DNA from: Chloroflexota bacterium
GTDB lineage: Bacteria; Chloroflexota; Dehalococcoidia; Lucifugimonadales; UBA3495
Length of the DNA stretch: 64,000 bases
Reading direction: 5' to 3'
Assembly: GCA_027623675.1 (NCBI GenBank)
Contig: JAQBVF010000003.1
Coordinates: forward strand, 91,846-155,845
Each line of letters starts with the position of its first letter. Positions within the stretch are counted from its first letter, which is position 1. Below are positions 46,980-55,546 of the stretch, one piece after another. Made by a program: the position numbers and the translations under genes. The notes below the pieces were generated by a model. It searched no databases. It saw only the letters and a list, made by a program, of their open reading frames with translations, and had not been told where the DNA came from.

Positions 46980-48329
46980 ATGGCAAATTTCAGCCTCAAG
47001 CCCTCAAACATGGTGCTCGCCGGACGTCCCGTGCATTACGCATGGGTGATCGTGGCGGTTGCCGCCTGTATGAGGCTGTTCAGTTCGTCGTTCCGTTCAT
47101 CCTCCAGCATCCTGATACCCCGGCTGGTCGATTCCTTCGGCTGGAGCTACGGCGCCGTGGGGCTAGGTTTCTCCATCCAGTGGATCGTCTCTGGGCTGTT
47201 CGGCCCACCCGCTGGCATGTTGGGCGACCGTTACGGAGTTCGCTGGACCATGGCTCTGGGAGCGGCCTTGTTCATCGTGGGCATGGTTCTCACCGGCACG
47301 ATGAACCACCTCTGGCAGTTCTACCTGTACTTCGGTGTGATTCTCAGCGCCGCCATGGGCATCTTCCAGGTGCCGCTCACCGCGGCCGTCACCCTCTGGT
47401 TCCGCAAGCGCTTGGGCACGGGAATGGGGCTGTTGCAGTCGTCTCAGGGCATCGGGCCGTTGGTCGCGGTGCCGGTTATGCTGATCATCATTGAACTGTT
47501 CGGCGGCGATATAGGCGGCCTCCGGGCTGCCTTTATCATCCCGGGCATCGTCGGCGGGACCATCTTGTTGTTGCTGGTGCGCCTGTTCTACAACGAGCCG
47601 GCCGCCATCGGGGTCCGGGCCTTGGGAGCGCCGGAAGACGAGCCCATCAAGGCGGTCCAGACCCGTGATGTCGCCAAGGTCCGGACCAAGGTATTCCTCA
47701 AACAGGCCCAGCGGACCAGCGCTTTTTGGAACCTGATCGGCATCCATTTCTGGGGCTGCGCCGGCCACGCCATCATCCTGGTTTACCTGGTGGCCATGGC
47801 TGAGGACGAAGGCGTCTCCAAGGGCTTGGCTGCGGGGGCATTCGTGACCATGTCGGTCACCAGCACCATCACCCGGTTCGCCGTGCCGGTGATCGCCGAC
47901 CGGATGGGCAGCAAGCCCGCCATGGCCGGCTGCTTCTTCCTACAGGTTGCTCCCATATTCCTGCTGTTCTTCGCCCAAGAGGCGTGGCAGTTCTACCTCT
48001 TCGCCGTGTTGTTCGGCATCGGGTTCGGCGGCGAGATGAGCGCCTTCCCCATCATCAACCGCCAGTACTACGGCAGCGGCCCCATCGGCACGACCTACGG
48101 CTACCAGATGATGGGCGCCGGCGTGGGCATGGCCACCGGAGCCCTCATCGGCGGTCAGCTGCGGGACTGGACCGGCAATTTCGACGCCACCATGGCGCTT
48201 TCACTGGTCCTCAGTTTCATCGGGGTGATCAGCATAATGGTGCTTCCCACCACCAAGAAAGAGTTGCTGCCCAACTGGGAAGCCGAGTTGACCCCGGCAA
48301 ACGCCGCGTCCACCGCCGCCGACGACTAG
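46980..48329 (+). CDS. MFS transporter (OFA/MCT-like)
   Basis: YAWVIVA, GMLGDRYGVRW motif A, WFRKRLG and IADRMG; ~12 hydrophobic segments. Confidence 0.92.
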   Translation: MANFSLKPSNMVLAGRPVHYAWVIVAVAACMRLFSSSFRSSSSILIPRLVDSFGWSYGAVGLGFSIQWIVSGLFGPPAGMLGDRYGVRWTMALGAALFIVGMVLTGTMNHLWQFYLYFGVILSAAMGIFQVPLTAAVTLWFRKRLGTGMGLLQSSQGIGPLVAVPVMLIIIELFGGDIGGLRAAFIIPGIVGGTILLLLVRLFYNEPAAIGVRALGAPEDEPIKAVQTRDVAKVRTKVFLKQAQRTSAFWNLIGIHFWGCAGHAIILVYLVAMAEDEGVSKGLAAGAFVTMSVTSTITRFAVPVIADRMGSKPAMAGCFFLQVAPIFLLFFAQEAWQFYLFAVLFGIGFGGEMSAFPIINRQYYGSGPIGTTYGYQMMGAGVGMATGALIGGQLRDWTGNFDATMALSLVLSFIGVISIMVLPTTKKELLPNWEAELTPANAASTAADD

Positions 48330-48484
48330 CCAGGTCTCGTCGCCCCGGTCCGGTTTTTCCCAGCCTCACCGCCCTTCTGGTGCCACGCCTCCGGCTATGT
48401 GCTAAACTCCGTTATCGAATCTGGCGACGCCCCGAATCTCCGGGGATTGCCCTGAATTTCTCTGAGTTTTAGGAGGGCGCTACG

Positions 48485-49909
48485 ATGCTGGACCTAATCA
48501 TTAAAGGCGGACAAGTTGTAACTCCCATGGGCGTGGGCGAATGGGACGTTGCGGTACAGGGTGAAAAGATCGTGGCGGTGGCTGCTCCCGGCGCCCTGAC
48601 CGGCGAGGCCGGCCGCGTCATCGACGCCACCGGCATGATGGTGGTGCCGGGCGGCATCGAGCCTCACGCCCATATCTCAGCCCCCATCATGGGCCACGGC
48701 GACCTGTTGACCGCGCCGCCTGAGGAAGTTAGCCGGGCCGCATTGTTCGGCGGGACCACTACGCTGCTGGACTTCGCCATCCAATACCCCGGCATCGACA
48801 TCCCCCAGGCGATCCAAGAGCGGACGGGGGTCTGGCAAGGAAATTCCTACGCCGACTACGCCCATCACCTGATGCTCCTGGGCGACATCCCGCCGGAGAT
48901 ACTGGGGTCGCTGCACGAGGCGGTGGAAGACGGTTTCCCGACCATCAAGATATTCACCACCAACATCCGGCCTCCCGCCACCACCGGTGAGCCGCGCATG
49001 GTGGGCACCGGCCACCTGCACGACCTGATGGAGGAGGTCCAGCGGATGAACGCCATGCTGCTGGTCCACTCTGAGGACGACGATATGGTGCAGCACATGT
49101 ACCGGAAACTGGCCCGCGAAGAGCGGACCGAGTGGTACAACATGCACCACGTCCACAGCGCAGAGTCGGAGGACGTCTCCTTCCGCCGGGTGCTCCGGGT
49201 GGCTGAATGGACTGGCGCTCCGGTCTACTTCGTGCACGTTAGCGCGACTCAAGGACTGCAGAATATCCTGGAGGCGCGTTCCAACGGACGGCCGGTCTAC
49301 GGCGAGACCCTGCACAACTACTGCTGCTTCAGCGCCGACAACTACAAAGAAGAGAACGGGATGAAGTACCACACCTACCCGTCTTTGAAGTCGGAAGCCG
49401 ACCGCCAGTCCCTGTGGGACGGCATCGTGCATAACGGCCTGAGCACCATGGCCACCGACGAGTATTGCACATCCTGGGAGACCAAGATCTCTGGCCGGAC
49501 CGTCTCCGACGTTACCGGCGGCCATAACGGCGCCGAAGCCCGCATGGGCGTCACCTACAGCGAGGGCGTTTCCCGGCGGGGCATGTCCCTGCAGCGGTTC
49601 GTGGACGTTACCTCGGCCAACGCCGCCAAGATCATGGGCCTCTATCCCCGGAAGGGCGTGTTGGCCCCCGGCAGCGACGCAGATATCACCCTGATCGACA
49701 CGAACTTCAAACGCAAGCTGACCATTGACGACTTCCACATCTCCGACTACAGCATCTGGGAAGGCTTCGAGGCCGACGGCTGGCCCGTGACCACCATCCT
49801 TCGAGGCAACGTGGTGGTGGACAACCGGGAGTTCAAGGCCGCCGCCGGCAGCGGCCAGTTCATCCCCCGGAAGGTCGACACAGCGGTAACCAACCGCCCG
49901 GTGGCCTAG
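48485..49909 (+). CDS. Cyclic amidohydrolase (dihydropyrimidinase/hydantoinase family)
   Basis: PGGIEPHAH, GGTTT, TIKIF (carbamylated Lys), VHSED, FVHVS, ATD and GSDAD. Confidence 0.88.
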   Translation: MLDLIIKGGQVVTPMGVGEWDVAVQGEKIVAVAAPGALTGEAGRVIDATGMMVVPGGIEPHAHISAPIMGHGDLLTAPPEEVSRAALFGGTTTLLDFAIQYPGIDIPQAIQERTGVWQGNSYADYAHHLMLLGDIPPEILGSLHEAVEDGFPTIKIFTTNIRPPATTGEPRMVGTGHLHDLMEEVQRMNAMLLVHSEDDDMVQHMYRKLAREERTEWYNMHHVHSAESEDVSFRRVLRVAEWTGAPVYFVHVSATQGLQNILEARSNGRPVYGETLHNYCCFSADNYKEENGMKYHTYPSLKSEADRQSLWDGIVHNGLSTMATDEYCTSWETKISGRTVSDVTGGHNGAEARMGVTYSEGVSRRGMSLQRFVDVTSANAAKIMGLYPRKGVLAPGSDADITLIDTNFKRKLTIDDFHISDYSIWEGFEADGWPVTTILRGNVVVDNREFKAAAGSGQFIPRKVDTAVTNRPVA

Positions 49910-50016
49910 CAAAATAGGCGCGTTTCCTTAAGCCCGTGTGGGCGAGACAACACGTCCACACGGAACCCAGGATTGGAAACCCAGGACCGGGAGTCCAAGA
50001 CAGATAGGAGCAAGAT

Positions 50017-50550
50017 ATGGCACGGATCAAGTTGGTGCCGACAGATGAGTTGACGCCGGGCCTGCGCGAGATTGCGAAAGGCGCGGAGGCCCACAAGCTT
50101 AATCCGGCCATCTTTCAGGCGGCCGGCAACCTGCCTGATGCCTACGAAGCGTTCTGGGCGTTCTACGCTCCCCTCAAACTTGAAGGGCTGTTGGAGCAGC
50201 GGCTGAAAGAACTGGTGCGGCTCAAGATCGCCGACCTGAACGACTGCGCCACTTGAAGGCTGGGCAGGGCTGTACCGGCGGTGCAGCAAGGAATGACCGA
50301 AGAGATGGTGGCCAGTCTGGTTGATTTTGAGAATGCCGCCATCACCGACCGGGAGAAGATGGCGGTCCGGTTCGCCCAACTGATGGCGACCGACCACCAC
50401 AGCATGGATGATGTTTTCTTCGAACAGCTGCGCGCCGAGTTCACCGACCCCGAGATCTTCGAGCTGGGCATGATCACCGGCCAGTTCATCGGCTACGGCA
50501 GGCTGATATCCATACTTGACCTGGAGAACCACGGCCAACCGCCAACCTAG
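50017..50550 (+). CDS. AhpD/carboxymuconolactone decarboxylase family protein, probable selenoprotein (TGA 50254-50256 = Sec, C-A-T-U)
   Basis: ORFs 50017-50256 and 50281-50550 are in one frame, separated only by TGA. Read-through gives 177 aa ...LKELVRLKIADLNDCATURLGR...TDREKMAVRFA...FTDPEIFELG, one complete AhpD-like protein. Confidence 0.85.
50257..50287 (+). promoter_or_regulatory. Putative bacterial SECIS element
   Basis: 12 nt after UGA, 8-bp stem GCUGUACC/GGUGCAGC with a G-starting GGC apical loop 20 nt from the UGA. Confidence 0.65.
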
Positions 50551-50558
50551 GAGGTTCG

Positions 50559-51020
50559 ATGATGACCACGTCCAACAGGGAGACTGAGGCCATGCGGGAG
50601 CGGCTCCGCAGTTTGATCCCGGCCGGCGGGAAAGACGGCCCGACCCAGGGCGTGAACCACATCGCGGTGTTTGCCAAGGACCTGGAGGCGACGGCCAAGT
50701 TCTACAGTGAAATCATGGACATGCCGGTGATCCGCATCGCGCCCAACCGGGACGCGGACGAGTCCACCCACATGAACGTGGCCATCGGGAACGGAATGTC
50801 GCTGGCATTCTTCGACTTCCCGCACGTGCCCCGGCTCAGGCGGCGCGCCCCCGAGGGTGTGGGTAACGTGATGCACATCGCCCTCCCCATTGCCAAGGAA
50901 GTCTTCTTGGACCTGAAAGGCCGGATGGACCGCAACAAGGTCAAATACCAGGAGGTTGGCGGGTCGCTGTACGTGAAAGACCCCAACGGCCTGGCCATCG
51001 AGTTGATGCCCTACGATTAG
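50559..51020 (+). CDS. VOC (glyoxalase/bleomycin resistance) family protein
   Basis: GVNHIAV..KDLEAT.KFY, HIAL and SLYVKDPNGLAIEL. Confidence 0.9.
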   Translation: MMTTSNRETEAMRERLRSLIPAGGKDGPTQGVNHIAVFAKDLEATAKFYSEIMDMPVIRIAPNRDADESTHMNVAIGNGMSLAFFDFPHVPRLRRRAPEGVGNVMHIALPIAKEVFLDLKGRMDRNKVKYQEVGGSLYVKDPNGLAIELMPYD

Positions 51021-51057
51021 CGTTCGGCTTTCCGGAGCCTTGTACTCAAGACCAAAG

Positions 51058-51384
51058 AGGCGTCCCAGAGTTTCATCATGGGCCGCACCCTACCGGGCAG
51101 ATGCCGTCATTTATGCGAAAGTCGAAATGACGGTCGGGCAGATCAACCACACTCGCTACCGGTCATTCTTGTCCTTCCGCGGAAGAATCAGAATCTCTTT
51201 GTTTGATTTCAAAGTTGCTATCGTACGGTGAGACCCGGGGGGTGGTCTCCCATCAGCAAGGAGATTCCTCTCTTCGCTCGGAATGACAAAGGCGGCCGGG
51301 GGATGACAAAGGCGGCGGCATCCACCCGGCAACCTCCGGGATGACAAAGGCGGCGGCATTCACCCACCAAATTCAGGGACGCCT
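51058..51384 (+). repeat. Composite REP/MITE-like element, copy 4
   Basis: Same internal sequence (TACCGGGCAGATGCCGTCATT..., GAGATTCCTCTCTTCGCTCGGAATGAC, tandem GATGACAAAGGCGGC) but terminal IR AGGCGTCCC...GGGACGCCT. Confidence 0.88.
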
Positions 51385-51419
51385 ATTTGTGTGGACATAA
51401 CCTTTGGTGATCGCGGTCT

Positions 51420-52613
51420 CTAGCGCGGCAGAATGCCCCTGCGGTCCAGGATCCGGGCGAACTCGGCGATACCGTCTCGAATGGTTTCGACGGTTGGGTG
51501 CCCGAAGCAGAGCCGCACGCAGTTGGAGCCTTCGCCGGTCGGCGAGAACTGGGATCCGTTGTAGTAGCTGACCCCTTCGTCGAATATCTCTTCTTGCACC
51601 GCGGCCAGGTCGGTACCCTCGGGAAATCTTACCCAGACGTAGAGTCCGCCCTGGGGCGCGGTCCATTCCACGGAACTTCCGAAGTTCTCTCCCAAGGCGG
51701 CAACCATGGCGTCCCGCTTGGCGGCCAGCGCCCGGTTCTGCTCTTCGATGTGGTGGTTGAGACCGCCTTTCATGTATTCGGCGATGGTTAGGGCGGTGAA
51801 CTGGCTCACCGCGCCGCCCGACTTGAAGCTCCAGGCCCGCCCGATGACCTCCTTGGGGGCCACCAGGTAGCCCATGCGCATGCCGGGGGCGATGATCTTG
51901 GAGAACGAGCCAACGTAGACCACCCGGCCGGTGTCATCCAGGGAGTGGAACGATGTCACGTCCTCTCCCTCGAACCGCAGGTCCGCGTAGCAGTCGTCTT
52001 CGAACACGGGTATGCCGTGTTTGCCGGTAACATCCAGCACCTGCTCGCGGCGTTCCAGGCCCATGGTCCAGCCCAGCGGGTTCTGGAAGGCGGGGATGGT
52101 GTAGAGGTACTTAACCTTCTTGCCCTTGGCCAACTGCTCCGTGATAACCGCGTCCAGGTCTTCGGGGATGATGCCGCCGTCGTCGCATCTGACGCCGACT
52201 ACATCGGCCCCGTAACGCCTCATCTGGTTCAGGGTCCCCAGGTAGACGAACTCCTCAACGAGAACAACGTCGCCGGGGTCGGTTAGGGCCTGAATCACGA
52301 TGCCGATGGCCTCGCCCGAGCCGGAGGTCAGCACCAGGTCGTCGGCGGTCACCTTCATGTTGCGGTCTCGGCTCAGCTTCTCGGCCACCAGCCTCCTCAG
52401 CTCAGGGTCTCCGGACGGGGACGAATAGTACGCCAGGTCCCAGCCTTCGCGGTCAAGCCCACTCTTAACCGCCTCGACCAGCCCGTCCAGGGGCAGCAGG
52501 TCCGGGTCCGGGTAGGCTACGGCAAAGTCATACTTGGAGTGCCGGACGTTGCCCGGAGGGGCGTCTCGCGACCCCGCCGAGAATAGGCTTTCGTAGTTGA
52601 ATCGTTCGGCCAT
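51420..52613 (-). CDS. PLP-dependent aminotransferase (class I, ARO8/MocR-domain-like)
   Basis: YTIPAFQNPLG, FEDDCY and GSFSKIIAPGMRMG. Confidence 0.92.
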   Translation of the reverse strand: MAERFNYESLFSAGSRDAPPGNVRHSKYDFAVAYPDPDLLPLDGLVEAVKSGLDREGWDLAYYSSPSGDPELRRLVAEKLSRDRNMKVTADDLVLTSGSGEAIGIVIQALTDPGDVVLVEEFVYLGTLNQMRRYGADVVGVRCDDGGIIPEDLDAVITEQLAKGKKVKYLYTIPAFQNPLGWTMGLERREQVLDVTGKHGIPVFEDDCYADLRFEGEDVTSFHSLDDTGRVVYVGSFSKIIAPGMRMGYLVAPKEVIGRAWSFKSGGAVSQFTALTIAEYMKGGLNHHIEEQNRALAAKRDAMVAALGENFGSSVEWTAPQGGLYVWVRFPEGTDLAAVQEEIFDEGVSYYNGSQFSPTGEGSNCVRLCFGHPTVETIRDGIAEFARILDRRGILPR

Positions 52614-52739
52614 CGTTCGCTCCCTGTTGGTGGGTTGGATATCCTAAAGCATTGGTTTGGGCAACCGGGTTCTTGTCCTCGCGCCGAACCGTGGGCTGGG
52701 CGCCAGAATGATATCTGGCCATCGCGTTAGGCGAGTGCG

Positions 52740-53075
52740 TCAGTACAGCCCCTCGTCGCTGAAGAAGGGTTTGTCGGCGTCGGGGCTTTCTTTGCCCAGG
52801 ATGCGGTCGGTGTGGAGCAGGCCGGCACGGTTCCAGAGAACCAAAATGGCCCGGTCCATCAGGTTTTGGGGGAGGGATATCCGCCGTCCGTGTTTGAGTG
52901 CGAGCCATTCGGCGTAGCCAACGGAAAAATATTGCTCCATGAACGGGGTTGGTTCGGCCTCCGCGGAAGCGAATTCTAGGATGATGTCCGGAACTTGAGC
53001 GCAGGTGATATCCGGTTGTTCCTCGGCCATCTTTAGGAAGCGCGCTTGGGCCTCCAGGTCCATCGGTTCGGGCAT
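52740..53075 (-). CDS. Hypothetical protein
   Basis: 111-aa ORF with protein-like composition, co-oriented with its neighbours; family not recognised. Confidence 0.7.
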   Translation of the reverse strand: MPEPMDLEAQARFLKMAEEQPDITCAQVPDIILEFASAEAEPTPFMEQYFSVGYAEWLALKHGRRISLPQNLMDRAILVLWNRAGLLHTDRILGKESPDADKPFFSDEGLY

Positions 53076-53185
53076 AATTCACGCCAGCCATAGGTCTAAA
53101 AATAATCTTGGCGGAGACTTTTACGCCTCCGCCAAGGATCGTTGCCGGTTGATGCCGTCAGCGGGGTTTGCCGCTGGGCGGGGAA

Positions 53186-54250
53186 TCAGAGATTGAGCTG
53201 GGGCACCAGGTAGCCAGACTGCTTCTTGTAGATCTGCAGGCGGCTGCGTTGGGTGTCCGCGACCATCAGGCGGTTATTGGCTTTGTCCCATTCCACCGCG
53301 GTCGGCTGGGCGAAGGTCCACTCAGGCTCGGTGCTGCGGACCTCCCGGCGGCGCTTGGCGTAGTCGGCGTTGGCGTCGACGGTCATCTGGGCCCACTGGG
53401 AGAGCTGTTGAGCGTCACCCACCAGCGAGGTCAGGAAACGGCCATCGGCGGTGAAGATGTGCACCCGGCCCCGGTCCCAAGCGTTCTTGGTCCAGTCGCA
53501 GATGTAGATGTCCCCGTCCGGGTCAACGGCCACATCGGTCGGGCTGTTCAGTTCGCCGCGCTTGTTGCCGGGCCGTCCAATCTGGGCTTCGAACTTGCCG
53601 TCGGCCGAGAATTTCTGTACCCGGTGGTTGCCAAAGTCGGCGACGTAGACCTTGCCGTCCTGGTCGATGGTGATGCCCCAAGGGGAATCGAACTGCCCTT
53701 CGCTCACGCCCTTGTTGCCAAAGGAGCTGATGAAGGAGCCGTCGCTGTTGAACATCCGGACCTGGTGGCTCCGGCTGTCACTCACGTAGACGGTGCCATC
53801 AGAGGCGATGGCGATGCCGGCCGCGCCGTTGGGCTCGGCTTCTCCCGGTTGGACGGTGTTGAAGGCGCGCAGCAACTGGCCGTCTTGGTCGAATACCGAC
53901 ACGCGGTTCAGCCATTCGTCGGTGACGAACAATTCACCCTGATCGTTGCAAGCGATACCGGCGGGCCAGATCAATTGGCCGTCGCCGTTACCGTATCTGC
54001 TGAATTCGCCCAGGAACTTCTCATCGCCCCATTCGGGACCGATGGTGAGCTTGGATATCCGCTGACCTACTCCGGTGCGGTTCCAACCAACGTTGCTGAT
54101 GCTCTCACTGCCCCGGTTGGTTACGAACGTTGTTCCGTCGGGGGTGATGGTCATGGAATTGGGCCAGTTGAAGCCCATCCCAGACTGGGAGCCGCGGCCA
54201 ACGTTGTGGCTGTAGTCGTAGGTCCTGCCTGCCACTGTTTCCGTAAGCAT
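53186..54250 (-). CDS. NHL-repeat beta-propeller protein (paralog of 17228-18310)
   Basis: GQLIWPAGIA, VTDEWLNRV and GQFDSPWGI..DQDG.VYVAD..NHRVQKF repeats. Confidence 0.92.
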   Translation of the reverse strand: MLTETVAGRTYDYSHNVGRGSQSGMGFNWPNSMTITPDGTTFVTNRGSESISNVGWNRTGVGQRISKLTIGPEWGDEKFLGEFSRYGNGDGQLIWPAGIACNDQGELFVTDEWLNRVSVFDQDGQLLRAFNTVQPGEAEPNGAAGIAIASDGTVYVSDSRSHQVRMFNSDGSFISSFGNKGVSEGQFDSPWGITIDQDGKVYVADFGNHRVQKFSADGKFEAQIGRPGNKRGELNSPTDVAVDPDGDIYICDWTKNAWDRGRVHIFTADGRFLTSLVGDAQQLSQWAQMTVDANADYAKRRREVRSTEPEWTFAQPTAVEWDKANNRLMVADTQRSRLQIYKKQSGYLVPQLNL

Positions 54251-54393
54251 TATATTCCTCCGAATGTTGAAACCCGGCTTTCCAGCGTTTCGTAGGTTGA
54301 GGTGGCCGGGGTATTTGACTACGGGCGGCGCTTGTTGCGCCGCCCGCTCTGTTCTGAATCTGCCAGCGAGCCGTTGAGGGCTAGTTGGCCGGC

Positions 54394-55524
54394 TTAGGCG
54401 AAGATGGGCAACTTCTCGAAGCTGCCGTCCACGATGGGCTTGCCGTCCAGACCCATCCAGTCCTCCAAGACGGTGGTGTACAGGCCGCGGAAGTCGTAAT
54501 TGGGAACGACGTCGCCCTGTTCCAGGTCCTCGGACTTCAGAGAAGGGAACTCGCTGTATTGTCCGCCCTTCACAGCGTCGCCGAACATGAAGGCGGCCCC
54601 GCCGGCGCCGTGGTCGGTGCCGGAACCATTGTCATGGGTCCGCCGTCCGAACTCGGTGAACATCAAGACGGAGACGTTGTCGCTGGCGTTATGCTCGCGG
54701 AGGTCGTCCAAGAAGGCGGAAAGGCCCTCGGAAACGTCCTTCCACAGCTTGTCGGCCATGCCATTCTGGTTGGAGTGGCTGTCGAAGCTGCCGTGGTCGA
54801 CGTAGAAGACGCGGGTGCCGAAGTTGGCCATGTGCACCTGGGCGATGCCCTTCAACTTCTTGGCGATACTGGTATCGGGGTACTCGACGTTGGAGGAGTA
54901 CATGCCCGGGGCTTTGTTCAGGATGTCGGCGCCTTCAAGGGTGTCCAGACCGGTCTGGCCCATGTAGTCCATGACGGCGCTGCTGCCGATGGCCGGCGAG
55001 TACATCCGGGCGAAGCGGTCCAGGATCTTGTTCCGCTGCTCCACCTCGGTGATGCCGGGGAGCAGGCCATAGTTGTCGAGGTCGTCGACAACCGCCACCG
55101 GGGTTCCCGGCAGGGCCAGGGCGCGGAACAGGGAGGGACCGAAGCTGACGGTGGTCAGAACGTTCTCTTTCTTCGGGTCGATGTCGCGGGTGGCGCGGCC
55201 CAGCCAACCCTCAGTTCCCAACTGGATGGGCTCGCAGGTGTGCCAGATGTCCATCGAGCGGAAGTGGGAGCGGGGAGACTTGGGGTAGCCGATGCCGTGA
55301 ATCACGGCCATGTCGCCCCGGTCGTACACCTTTTTCAAGGGCCCCATCTCGGGATGGAAACCTACTTGGTCGTCGACCTTGATGATGCGGTCCTCGGCGA
55401 TCCCGACGGTGGGCCGGGCGTCCCGGTAGATCGGGTTGGCGTAGGGAATAACTGTGTTTAAGTAGTCATTGCCCCCCGACAATTGAAATACAACTAAGAC
55501 CGGGTCTTTCTTCGTGCTAGTCAT
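54394..55524 (-). CDS. DUF1501 domain protein
   Basis: LVVFQLSGGND.LNTVIPY, RSHFRSMDIW, GWLGR, FDSH and TEFGRR..NGSGTDHG. Confidence 0.9.
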   Translation of the reverse strand: MTSTKKDPVLVVFQLSGGNDYLNTVIPYANPIYRDARPTVGIAEDRIIKVDDQVGFHPEMGPLKKVYDRGDMAVIHGIGYPKSPRSHFRSMDIWHTCEPIQLGTEGWLGRATRDIDPKKENVLTTVSFGPSLFRALALPGTPVAVVDDLDNYGLLPGITEVEQRNKILDRFARMYSPAIGSSAVMDYMGQTGLDTLEGADILNKAPGMYSSNVEYPDTSIAKKLKGIAQVHMANFGTRVFYVDHGSFDSHSNQNGMADKLWKDVSEGLSAFLDDLREHNASDNVSVLMFTEFGRRTHDNGSGTDHGAGGAAFMFGDAVKGGQYSEFPSLKSEDLEQGDVVPNYDFRGLYTTVLEDWMGLDGKPIVDGSFEKLPIFA

Positions 55525-55546
55525 CTGTTAGCTATCCTCCTACGGT

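Noticed and set aside
50017..50550. Pseudogene or two separate small genes
   Set aside because: The single TGA is at the CxxC position, the frame is intact and a SECIS-like hairpin follows; the second half has no properly spaced RBS.
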